A stretch of DNA of 64,000 bases from Lingula anatina (Eukaryota > Animalia > Brachiopoda): positions 5,704,001 through 5,768,000 of the forward strand of contig CM120643.1 of the NCBI GenBank assembly GCA_051362555.1. The letters run 5' to 3'. The position numbers and the translations under genes were made by a program. Shown in pieces: positions 53,059 through 64,000 of this stretch (the first letter of the stretch is position 1; each line of letters starts with the position of its first letter). The notes beneath the pieces are model-generated. The model had not been told where the DNA came from. It did not search any database and saw only the letters and a list, made by a program, of their open reading frames with translations.

Positions 53059-53868
53059 ACAGGATATTGCATAAACACAGTGATAAAAAGAATCAAACTG
53101 ACACTATTATGAATTTATGACAAAAACAATTAACAGGTCATACTTTACATTTTATATTTTTTTCATTTATTTTATTTAAGATGATGTGTTAGTGGCACTA
53201 AACAGTAATAACATTTAACGAGTCATACTTTGCATATTATATTTATTTCAATTAAGAAAATGTGTTAGTGGCCTTGAACAATAATAACGTTATAACGAAA
53301 TACTTAGGAAACTGTGAAATGTGTAAGTGTCCAATAAAATTATTATCTTAAACTTAATATTATTGTTATTATGATTAGTAATAGTTGAAGCAGTAGACAC
53401 AAAAATAAACAAACTTTATAAAAAACGGTGTATTTAAAAAAAGAGAATTAACTATTATGAAGAGTAAAGATTTAATAATTTCCGTGGTAAGGATGAATGA
53501 AACTAAAATGAGTAAGGAAAATGAAAAAATCTGAATACATGAAATAAGAATTTTTACTAAAAAAAAAGAAAAAGAAAAAAAAGACAATTGCAAAGGGTGT
53601 CTGCTGTCAAGGAGATCTTAAAAAATGATGTGCAGAGATGGCCGAAGGAAATCGTACTCTCTCAACTCCCGTAGTGTTGATGATGCTATTGTGCACTTCA
53701 ATCAAAACAACCACATTCTCGCACCGCAGCTAGAGTTAAGTTCAATAGCATGGTGATTATGATGGCGCTCTGCGTCCCCTGCCAACATACTACCATCCTG
53801 GGTTGCACATACACTGCTCGGGTGTAAGTCCGTATATATATCGCAATCACCAACACTCACCTATCATA

Positions 53869-54745
53869 TACTGAACAAAAATATAAACGCACGAAACTAA
53901 AATGGTCAGTTAAAATGGATAATTATGAAATATGCCAAAGTTGATGGTTAATTTGTGAATTGATGGATTTGTATTGATCAAGTATGGTGGTCTGGCTTCA
54001 CATGGATGCTCCCCGTCAGTATACATAAAGGTTTAGTTTTTCCACCCATAAGACTAATGGAGCATGACCGAGTGGAGGTCAATCTGCATGACCAATACAC
54101 AGACACTCCTTACAGTCTAGGCAATAAAAGGGCACACCAAAATGTGCATTTCTGTCACTTGTCAACATGCCACAGATTTCTGAAATCATGAGGGAGTGTG
54201 ACATTGGCATGTTCAATGCTGGCTTGTTGGTAACAGAAGTTGCAGCATGCCTGAATGTGCATCATTCCACTGTCAGCCGTCTGAGAACACGCTTCAGACT
54301 CTGGTAGCATTAGGAACCACCCACATATCTGCCGACCATGTGTTACCACACCCGATATGTCGCCCATCGAACACCTGTGGGATGTTCTGGATCAGCGTTT
54401 TCATCATCATGTTCCAGCTCCCGAGAATGTTCGCCAACTGCGAGTTGCACTCCAGAAGGAATGGGATAATATCCCTCAGGCCACTACTGACAACTTAGTG
54501 ATGCCCATGCGCTGCCAGTGTACTGCTCTGTGCAAAGCTGACGGTGGCCATACTTGTTTTTAGTGTCTGATGTGAACTCAGGATGTTGATGCCCTAACTC
54601 TTGGACTATGCATTTAAACTTCCCGTAATGCTCTCAAAGTCTATTTGTTGAGGAAAATATGCTGTTAATGTTGGCCATATACTCTAGTTCCATGCATGAA
54701 AATAAATCAACATATTCTTTCGTGCGTTTATATTTTTGTTCAGTA
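53869..54745 (+). mobile_element. Internally deleted Tc1-like transposon
   Basis: 28-bp TIRs TACTGAACAAAAATATAAACGCACGAAA with a TA duplication. The N-terminal HTH (MPQISEIMRECDIGMFNAG...EVAACLNVHHSTVSRLRTRF) is fused to the C-terminus PDMSPIEHLWDVL...LQKEWDNIPQ...GGHTCF. Confidence 0.93.
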
Positions 54746-56267
54746 TACATTATAATGGCAACTCTACATAGATCGTCAGGAAAAGGTAACATAAGGCCTA
54801 GTGATGAACAGACAACTTCCAGTTGTTACGTTATAATGTGTTACGTTATAATGTGATTGTGGTATCTCGTGACTTTTTGACCAATCGGAACATTGCAAAT
54901 TGCACGCTCCAGAAGAGAAAAAAAGGTCAAGGTCAAGTGAACGCAACAGAAGCGTTTTCTCCGCAGCATGGCGATACATGTACTGATGACCGGGGCTGAT
55001 GAATGGTGCGAGATTTGTCATTGATCTACGATTCAAACATGAGAAATATTCTGGGAAAAGGACCCGTGTACAACATGTATGGATTCCCAATGGAGAGAGG
55101 TATTTTGTATGTGACTGAATGACGTTTGCCTCCGAATCCGTCGATGCATAACTATAGCGGTGACAGTGTAACTTGGATTTTCATGAGAAACTGTGCCGCG
55201 GGAGAATGTTATTGAGGTGAACAATAATTTGTTTGACAATGTGGATGTATTTAACTTTAAAGCGAGGAGGAGGATGTGGCGATAGGCCTGACTGCCCGAG
55301 GTGGCATTTATTGACATACATGTGTGCACCATCCATCAACTTCAAGACATTATAATCATTCATGTACAAATGACTTTTAAGATTAACTGTAATATTGTTT
55401 ATTCTTGTTTAGCTTGTTATATAATGTTCTAGTTCTGAAAATTGTCATGTGTTAATCATAGCTTAGTAATATAGTAAAATTGTTCAAGAACATTGCTTTA
55501 TGTTATGAGAATCCGTCCATAACACAGTCAAAACTGACAGAATTCCATGAAATTCAAATGCTTGGAAGTTCTGAGCACCTCCATTTCATGAATTTTGACC
55601 AAAACAATCTTTTCCCAAATTTTATTATTTTTTTACTGTACAAAATTCATAGCACATTAACCTAGTTATTTCTGTCTTGGTTCATTTAAGCTTACATTAT
55701 GACACATCATGAGGTTCTCCAAAGAAGGCTCATAATATTGGGGGCAATGCAGACCGGTTTTAGGACCCAGGCCAGCCAACTTCAGAAATAGAGCAGGATA
55801 CAATGATTACGTCAGGAATCTGACCTATCACTTCACATCAGTGTCAAAGATTGATGTAGCCATAAGTTATGCCTACCCTAAAGCTGACTTACAGGCAGCA
55901 GTGATGGATCATGACTATTGCCAAGTACCATGGACAGAGAGAATGATATCAGTGAAAACAGAGGTCCAATTTTAATAATAATAAGGCCCAAATATCATGA
56001 ATAATTATCAAACTAGGTAATGTGTGACATCATAGAATTATGATATTGAATCAAAACTAGTTAAAGACATATACCATCTTCCATGCTTTAATGGGATATG
56101 GATATTTCAGGTTGAGGAACAAACAGTGAAGGACATTCAATGACATTCATTGACATACATTGAGAGACCATTAAAGGATTACGCTGCCTTCCTTTCATTT
56201 AGGTCCACCATATTTAGGTCTTGGCTTGCCTAGACCTTGGCTCTTCTCAATGTGAATGCTCTCAATC

Positions 56268-56550
56268 ACAGTGGCAATTAACAGAAGCTGTTAAATAAAT
56301 ATAGCAATAACTTGTGTTTATTGGATGCCACATCCAGGACTATGAAATATGCCATGCCACTTTTTTCCTGTGCATTAAAACAAATGTGAGTTATTCAATT
56401 GTAGCTGTGTTTCATTCCAGAGCATGAGGATGAAATTAGCATTAGAGAAGCCCTTGAAATACTAAAATGTTGGAACCCAAAATGGACCCCAAGTGATTTC
56501 CTAGCAGATTACTGCCTGGCTGAGATAAATGCAGTTGAGAAGACATTTGA
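56268..56550 (+). mobile_element. Mutator/MULE DDE transposase fragment
   Basis: Across frameshifts it reads LLNKYSNNLCLLDATSRTMKYAMPLF-LCIKTNVSYSIVAV-FIPEHEDEISIREALEILKCWNPKWTPSDFLADYCLAEINAVEKTF, covering the LDAT and second-Asp motifs of MULE. Confidence 0.85.
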
Positions 56551-56702
56551 AGATAAACACTCTCCTTCAGTTATAAATACAACACAAAGATGCAGTATTC
56601 AGTTAGGCAAGGTCAATTGAAAAAATAATTATAAATATTTTTAATATCACATTAAAATATTCATTCATAGCTTTTGCAAACCGTTTTTGCAACCGTCTCA
56701 GT

Positions 56703-57038
56703 GTGGGTACAGTCAAGAACATACCAATGATCAAGCTCCTTTCCCCTGAGATAAAGAATTTCAACCCAGACAAGTCAATACAATGGTGGAATTCTAACAG
56801 TCAACGAGCTCGTCGGCCAACTTTCAAGGCGTCCATGCAGAAGCTTTTGGAGGATTCTAACAGAAGTTCATCTGCTTCATTACAGGAAAGTGACATGGGA
56901 GATGCTGATGATGAGTCAACAGCTGCAAGTGGTACTATACAGTACCAATCAGCAAGATTGAAACTGCATAACACATCCTATGAAGATGTCAGTGACTTTG
57001 ACTCTCTGTTTCATTTCAGTGATGTAGAAACTGAGTAA
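56703..57038 (+). mobile_element. hAT transposase C-terminal fragment (ZNF862-like group)
   Basis: MIKLLSPEIKNFNPDKSIQWWNS...RARRP followed by an acidic tail resembles the end of the hAT dimerisation region. Confidence 0.6.
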
Positions 57039-57299
57039 AATAAAACAAATGAGCAAATATAATATGAGCTCTATGATGTTGATATGGGTATTAATAGGTT
57101 TTCATAAAGTTTACTTAGGATAGTTGGCAAGCCTCGTTTTTTGACAATAAATATGTACAATGTGCACTGACAAAGAATGTCTTTTTATTCTTTTAAGAAA
57201 GGCATCAAAGAAACAAGTAAGAATTTTTTTTAATATAAGTAATTTTTGTGTTCTGTTAACGGGCAAGATATATTACGTGTTTCAGAGCACATTTCCTGA

Positions 57300-57945
57300 A
57301 TGAAAAGCTTTGCATAGTTATGCTTATTAACTGATGGTTGCCTTTGTGAAACAGTTCCAACAGTTGTATGGGCCAGAAATGGCTGTCTATAATGTGCATG
57401 GCTTGGTTCATCTTGCATTAGATGCCAAGAACTTTGGCAGTCTTGAAAACGTATCTGCCTTTCCCTTTGAAAACTTTTTACAGCAGTTAAAACATATGGT
57501 TAGGAAACCAAGTTTTCCAGTCTCTCAAGAGGTGGGAAGAATGTCAGAAATTCAAAAGAATGGAAGTCAAAATCATCCCTCCCCCCAAAAAAGACTTCCC
57601 AATACTGTCCAAAAATCATTGCAAAGGGCCACTGCCAGACTCTCTCCAGTTGGCCAGTCAGTTTGGAAAGGCTCAATTAGAAAAATTCTCAATTGACATT
57701 ACCAATAAAGACAGTTGCATTCATGTTGATGGAAAAGCCAGCATAGTGAAAAACATTGTGCAAAAAGATGACAGTATACGGCCGTATATGTTATTTACCA
57801 GTGTTTCAAATACTTTGATGATATTTTAACATACCACTACTATCCAGTTACCTTGGCATTGGCAAAGTTTTTGGTTCAGAGAATACCAACAGGTATGAAG
57901 CAATATCATAAGTAGAAGCAAAATGTGTCCTTCTGCCATTTGCCT
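57300..57945 (+). mobile_element. CACTA/EnSpm (CMC) transposase C-terminal fragment
   Basis: FVKQFQQLYGPEMAVYNVHGLVHLALDAKNFGSLENVSAFPFENFLQQLKHMVRKP carries the H-x2-x-HL and SAFPFEN motifs, and continues after a frameshift. Confidence 0.88.
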
Positions 57946-58660
57946 TATACATATAGACCATAATACTTTGTGCGCAACAGGAGTTCTGGTATTTTTTTTC
58001 CCATATCAAAACTATAGACGCGCAAAAAAAATGCTGTACAGGTAAGTGAAAAAATGATTATTTAATATTAAATAAAACAGATATGCATAAAACTAATATT
58101 TCTCCTCATAATTATCACATTTTGCAATGAAATTGGTCGTTTTTAAATATAGTTTTTTATTTAGACGATAGGCTGACTTGGAGCGCATTTGCGCACCGCA
58201 GTGTGTTAGATGTGTTGAGAGGAGATTGCGTTCGTGGTTGTCTTGGTTGACCCATTTTTTAAGCCATGTTGGTTTGTTTTGTTTTTCGGCGAGTTCAATC
58301 TGACTCTGAGCCTTGAGACACTGAGAGGGAATTGATTTGTCAGGAAAGTCGTATACCCATTTATCTTTATGGTGCCCTAGCTATGTCAGTTGTTACGTTA
58401 ATCTTAGACCAAAACATTTGTTTTTTAAAACAAAAAGTATATTATAGTAAGAATTTAAAGTAATGATACTAAAATGTACAAGAAGAAAAGGGTAATTCTG
58501 GTCAGAACAATATGTCTAATAAAGGCAAATAAATTCAGCGCTCCCACTATCATGCTTGTGGGCTGATTTGATAGTTGTCAGCGCCTCTAGCTTGATTTTT
58601 GTGGAACATTGTTTTGAGGCAGTGGACATTGGTCAGGTTAAGTGGCAGTGAAATATCACA

Positions 58661-58729
58661 GGAGAGCAAGCTCAGTGGCAGAGCGTTCACCTTGTGTGGA
58701 AGGTCTTGGGTTTGATTCCAAAGCTCTCC
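58661..58729 (+). tRNA. tRNA pseudogene or tRNA-derived SINE head
   Basis: Perfect acceptor stem GGAGAGC/GCTCTCC and D-arm GCTC/GAGC. The T-loop is TTTGATT (TTC lost), the anticodon arm is shortened and imperfect, and the whole is 69 nt. Confidence 0.6.
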
Positions 58730-59082
58730 TTATTCCAAAGTTACCAACAGCCTACCAGTAACTGCATGCATTCCTGTCCAATACTGCGCATATTCATGCT
58801 CTCAAACAATTATTTTAAATTGCATACAATATTTAATCGTATCTTCTTTTAAATAGCATACATTGCTGAGCTACAAAGCATTTGGCGAAAAATTTATCCA
58901 TTATATATAAGCATATCTTGGTTAAATATATTTAATACTAAATGTGCTCATCTTTCCCTAAAGTCTACTCTAGTGAAACTCAAAATTATTGCCAAGTTAT
59001 TGTTTTTTTTTTCTGTAAACACAGTGTGTTGTACCATCATTTTTTACATAATTTTCTACAGGGAATAAAGTGATTCAGGTAA

Positions 59083-59290
59083 ATGAAGAAGGCATATGTG
59101 GGCGACTACTGCTGTGTGCCTGGATGCACAAACTCCCGTGGGAAATGTAATCGGGAGGAGCAAGCAATAAGCTTTTACCAATTCCCCAAAGATGTCAGAC
59201 GTAAACACAACTGGCTGTGCCACATACCTGTAGATAAAGATTTTGTGCCTACAACATCCACAAGGATATGTTCTGTGCATTTTGAAGAAG

Positions 59291-59292
<2 letters not shown>
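59083..59292 (+). mobile_element. THAP zinc-finger fragment, cut by a (TA)n tract
   Basis: YCCVPGCTN...SFYQFPKD..RKHNW...F.PT.STRICSVHFEE is the C2CH THAP consensus, typical of P/Kolobok/Harbinger-associated proteins. Confidence 0.9.

Positions 59293-59357
<65 letters not shown>
59293..59357. repeat. (TA)n microsatellite
   Basis: Direct read. Confidence 0.97.
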
Positions 59358-59358
<1 letters not shown>

Positions 59359-59879
59359 CTCCTCTGTGGCTCTGCAAGTTAACTGGTTGGGGAAAGGGGG
59401 AAAGTTGGCTTTTTCAGAGCTGAAGCAAATCAGACATCTTGTGGCAAGGAAGTGGAAAATAAGTGTTCAAATAAAATGTACTAGACATGACTATCCAAAA
59501 CTGCACTTGGCTTCTTTTCTTAAAATTTATTCAATTGTCTATCTTTATTGAATCTATTTTATATTATTTTTCAGGGAAAAGTGTGTTAATGATGCTTCTT
59601 ATTACTCAATTTTTTATTCTATACACCTAAAAAAACATTTTATGTTTTATTGAAATTCACTGAGTAACAGGTACCTATTTCAATAATTTACTTAAAAATG
59701 TTTATTGTACAAACTGTAAAATGTTTAAAACTGGAATGAAATTATTTTGTTTGAGAGTTAAATGCATAATTTTTATTTTAACCATATATTGCATAATACA
59801 TTCACTGACATTAACACTCTATGACATTTAACTATTTTATTGTTTCAAGTGAACCATGCAGTCATGTGATAAGACATCC

Positions 59880-60115
59880 CTTCAGTGTTTATATATGTCA
59901 CAAAGTAGGGATTTCTGGGAAGTTAACATCTTTCATATCTGTAAGCTGGGGTACATTTAAATAAGCAGCTGATATTTGCAAAGATGCATGCTACAATGCA
60001 ATCAAGAGTTACTGGCAAGATGGGCCAGTTGAAGCATATTACAGAGCTTGTTACCAAGATTACACCAACACGGAACACCTTACAAGGCTGAAAAAGAAAA
60101 GGTCAAGAACTGATG
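59880..60115 (+). mobile_element. Probable Academ transposase N-terminal fragment
   Basis: SWGTFK*AADICKDACYNAIKSYWQDGPVEAYYRACYQDYTNTEHLTRLKKKR resembles the YHxxCYxxYT motif region recalled from Academ transposases. Confidence 0.5.
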
Positions 60116-61214
60116 CTGACAATTTTACATATTGCATGTTGGTTGCTTTCTTGCTTTCCATTTTTAAGCTACATCCTTTCTTTTCTTTGCTAGCTTTTGT
60201 CTTGAAAAAGGCTCCACCAAAGTTCGTGCTGTACAACAAACTTGCATTTGCATTCATCTGATCTTTTTTGGGACTTATGTTTCTCAGCATGAGCTATGTT
60301 ATTTGGTTTAATTGGAAGAAGGTACTTGAACAAAATTTTGTGTTGCACTTGGCCACTTTGATAATAAACTCCAACTGTGATCCATCTAAAATTTTGTTAA
60401 AAATGATGAACCACAAGAAAACATTCCAAAAGAACACTGAAGAGGATTCAGCAGCTTTAAAACGTCAACAAGATTTTAAGTAAAGAAAAACAACCTGCAA
60501 ATGGGGGAAAAATGGTTATTCTGGGAGTAATGCTAAAATTGACAAAACAATACTTTACTTACTGTTTTACTTGAAGTCCAAACCAGATTATTATCAATGG
60601 CAAAGGAAATTGAAAAAAAATATCAATCTGTTCTCAATATAGCATCTTTTGACCCTGTCAAATTCAATTTTGAGTTTACAGACCCTTTTGCCTGGAGTGT
60701 AATTAGTTTTCTATGTATTACTAATAATGAATTTTAGGAGTTAAAGAAGGAAATCACAGGTAACTTTGATTGGTACTGTGAGAAAGGAATGGTGAGAAGA
60801 ATGATTTTACCTGTAATTTTTTTGATGATATTTAAGAAACTCAAACAGAATTCTCAGAGTTTACTAGAGAGTTATCCCACAAAATAAAACATGGTCTTTT
60901 TGGTTTAATTTTGTTCACAGAAATTGCTTTTTATACATTTCTTTATATCTAATCTAAGAAATTTTTATTTGAAAAACCTATGAGGCAAAAATGAAGGCTA
61001 GAAGGTTTGTGCCCAATTTTTAAAATCAAAAGCACTAGAATTGAGGACTTGACTAATGATACATTTAAATCTTCTTATTCTATCCTCCACTTAATTACTT
61101 CTTTTATAAACATAGGGAATTACATCATTACGCACAGCATATTGAAGAGAATTGGAAGCATTAATGTGAAGTTAAAGGGTTCTTGGTGAATAATGGAACA
61201 TACATCGGTCTCTA

Positions 61215-61606
61215 TCTTCTTGCTTGTAGCGTCAACAGTGTGTCCAAAGTTCCCCGAGACAACGCAAGTGTACATAAGAAATGGATAGATTTATGTTCCA
61301 AGACAAAACACACAGAAAAACAACGGAGAAAGTATGGGGAAGACAGGGGGCGGTCCCTGCCCAAAGAACTGTCCCCTTTAGAACAAAAGGTATGTTTTAA
61401 ATATAATTGTAAAAATAAAATAAATAAATAAGAATAATGAAAAAGGCAAGGTGTTATAAACAAAACTGATTACCTATTGCTGTATATCACTTCAAGTGAG
61501 GTGTATCTTATTTTGTTTATTAAATTTCAGATAATTGAGATTATAGGGGAATTGGCCCTCTAAGGTGTTGTAGGGGGTCAAGAAACAGAAGAACCACCAT
61601 CTACCT
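61215..61606 (+). mobile_element. Myb/SANT-like (Harbinger accessory, MSANTD-type) gene fragment, two exons
   Basis: LACSVNSVSKVPRDNASVHKKWIDLCSKTK...ELSPLEQK|gtatgt (exon end 61389), then tttcag|IIEIIGELAL*GVVGGQE (61531-61606). It contains an in-frame stop. Confidence 0.75.
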
Positions 61607-62027
61607 GTATGTAATATTTCTTACTAATATATTTCCTACATCTAAAGAATCACCAAGAAATAATAAGCATTTGCTTACTATACCACATACATTTGTAGTT
61701 TGTTTGTGTTACATGTATTAGCACATTATTTATGAGAATTACCCTATTGTATGACATATTCAAGGTGTTAGATTTTAACATGACATTAACAATTTCCTGT
61801 AATCATTATAGGTAATGAACCTCTAGTGGCTGCAAAAACATCTTTAAATTTTAAGTCGGTAGATAAGTCTGGTTGTTGCAGGGAAATTGCCTTTTTTTAA
61901 ATTGCGGATCAGAGTGGTCTCTTGCAGAAATGTGCAACTTTTCACTCTTACAATTTACATTAGAATTATTTTTACAATTATTGCAATATCCAATTATCCA
62001 AACAACTATCCTTAAATTCCAGACAGG

Positions 62028-62285
62028 ATGGATGTTGATCTGTTCTACGAAGAAGCCCCATTCCCGGGTCTGATCAACGAAGAGAACTTCAAAATCCATC
62101 AACAGCTAGGGTAGAGAGCCTTTGGCAGAGTCTTCTTAGACTCTGAGCTGTCATTGGGCAACTTGGTGGCCATTAAATTCCTCAACAAAATGGACAGCCA
62201 GGTGTTAGAAGATTTGTTTTATGAGGGACTACTCCTCTACGGCATAAATGAGGCAGTATCGGGGATCAAGATTGCGCCCAGGTTT
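62028..62285 (+). pseudogene. Protein kinase N-lobe fragment
   Basis: FKIHQQLG*RAFGRVFL...GNLVAIKFLNK...EDLFYEG covers subdomains I-III (Gly loop with a stop, VAIK, helix-C Glu). The rest of the domain is absent. Confidence 0.75.
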
Positions 62286-62559
62286 ATTTTATGTCTTTCT
62301 ACCTCCCTTCTATGCTTTTTTTAATTTTTTCAACTATTCAAAAATTTGTTTGCTTTTTCTTTAATATGTCAAAGGCAATAAGTGGCCAATCATTGTTTGT
62401 GATTAATATTTTGATCGCTTTATTCTTATATGCAGTGCTGATTGAAAGAAGAATCTCACAATGACTTGAGAATAAAAGATGTTCATTTTTTATATTAGCC
62501 CCTGCCTCAGACAAGCTAATTATTCACGGTTGAAAAGACATGAATATAAGGTGAGATAT

Positions 62560-62711
62560 ATGTGAAAATCAGGTTGGGCTTGATTTCTACTCAAAACTTA
62601 TGTGGACATTTTCAGTCCATATGCTAGCAGGCGGCCATGTTTATTCCTGCCATGAGGTAGCTGCTACATGCTTACATAGGATAGATAGATGGACAAAGTG
62701 TAACTTTTGTA

Positions 62712-62744
<33 letters not shown>

Positions 62745-63075
62745 AGGGGTCTTTGAAAGGGACTTTGCACTCTATAGTATTGTTAAAAATAACACAGGTA
62801 TTCGCAGCGTTTATTTTAAAAAAATGTTTCGATTACATCAACAGAGATATTATGTTGTATAAGTTATTGATAAATGGGGTAGATGGAAATTTTATCGAGT
62901 ATTGAAAAACATAAACTATCAAACAACTGCCTGTGTCAAAATCAAGTACACGTATACTGACTGGTTCAACTGTCGTACTGGTGTAGGGCAAGGCGACAAC
63001 ATCTCGCCAACTTTATTCTCTATTTTTGCAAGTGATATAGTAAGTGAAAGTCATGATCTAGGAGTTGGAATAACG
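62560..63075 (+). mobile_element. Non-LTR retrotransposon (LINE) reverse transcriptase fragment
   Basis: CENQVG..., then VFAAFILKKCFDYINRDIMLYKLLINGVDG and TDWFNCRTGVGQGDNISPTLFSIF match the (D)xxKAFD and GVxQGxxxSPxLF RT motifs. Confidence 0.88.
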
Positions 63076-63568
63076 TGGATGGATCTCTATCAACTACCCA
63101 AAATAAAATGATCTTCGAAACCATTGCAAATTTTCTACTCGAAAACCTTGACATCACTCAATAAGCACTATCTTTTCTCTACTTGACCGAACTGATTTCA
63201 TTTTCTGATTTCATGTAATTTTCTTTGTAATTAATGTAATCCAATATGTATTTAGTTGTGTTGTATACATAAATTAGTTACAATCCTTTTCTTCTCCCTT
63301 TTTTTTCTTTCTTTCTGTATTTAATTTGTGGTAACTTTTGTGTTCCAATACTGAAATCTAATCTCTAATGTTTGTATTTAGCTGTGTACGTTAACTAGTT
63401 ATGACCTCCTTTGATCTTTTTTTTTTGTTATTATATGCCCTAGGGCATTTTTTTTACTAAAATGGAGAGATAAGTCTAATTTATTCGTATCCTTGATTTT
63501 ATATACTAGCTCCCCACGGGCTGCCACCATGGGTGGAGCACTTTTTCATGGTGTATTGACTTTATTCT

Positions 63569-63619
<51 letters not shown>

Positions 63620-63753
63620 TCCTGTGCTTTTTGTGTATATGCATATACGTATCCGTTTGTTTTATTTATTTACTTAATTTTGTTTTACACGGAGAGCATC
63701 TCATGCTTTTAGCACTTTGCCTCCATTTCCTTTGAATAAACATTGTTAAAAAT

Positions 63754-63945
63754 GTGTTGCAGCCTATCAAAGTTGTTGGCAAATGGGTGATGGTTAGCAC
63801 TGACCTGATAGGCCCTCTGTCGTTATCAGAGAATGGCAATAAATATGTCCTCACTCTGTCAGACTACTACACCAAGTGGATGGAGACATACCCAATCCTT
63901 TTTAAGATCTATTGTATTGAATTCATTTTAAGGTTTGGACAAAGG
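63754..63945 (+). mobile_element. Gypsy/Ginger integrase core (rve) fragment
   Basis: LQPIKV..KWVMVSTDLIGPLSLSENGNKYVLTLSDYYTKWMETYPI...FILRFG covers the first catalytic Asp region. Confidence 0.9.
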
Positions 63946-64000
63946 ATAGCTAGACACTAGTCTGTACCATGACTTCTTTGGTCAAGGACTAATTTTGGCA

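Noticed and set aside
54750-55970. GC-richer segments with ORFs and a DHDYC motif near 55907
   Set aside because: Probably further TE remnants, but no family or strand could be assigned from sequence alone.
57953-58375. Small element bounded by ACCATA...TATGGT (similar CCTATG...CATAGG at 36301-36916)
   Set aside because: The terminal matches are too short to define an element without other copies.

Overview
AT-rich eukaryotic DNA, most likely an invertebrate animal (inferred from spliceosomal GT-AG introns, microsatellites and metazoan-type transposon families). There is no prokaryotic content and most listed ORFs are spurious. The window has four zones. (1) 1-18.2 kb is a composite satellite: runs of 4-5 ~194-bp monomers alternate with a ~395-bp unit carrying a GC-richer cassette (15 copies), organised into 4881- and 3707-bp higher-order repeats. 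(2) 18.5-23.4 kb holds a head-to-head pair that the ORF track misses: a dead minus-strand LDL-receptor class A exon, and a plus-strand candidate gene built from tandemly duplicated, symmetric phase-1 micro-exons of 48-66 nt. (3) 24-47 kb holds non-autonomous DNA elements (a Harbinger-type foldback MITE, a 4.1-kb Academ-type element, nested palindromes) and tRNA-like heads. (4) 48.7-64 kb is a dense mosaic of short coding fragments from about ten TE groups (Gypsy/Ginger integrase x2, pogo, Tc1, MULE, hAT, CACTA, THAP, Academ, Harbinger Myb, LINE RT, plus a kinase piece). Every recognisable fragment reads on the + strand, as expected of a uni-strand, flamenco-like piRNA cluster. Family calls rest on motif recognition by eye; no database search was run.
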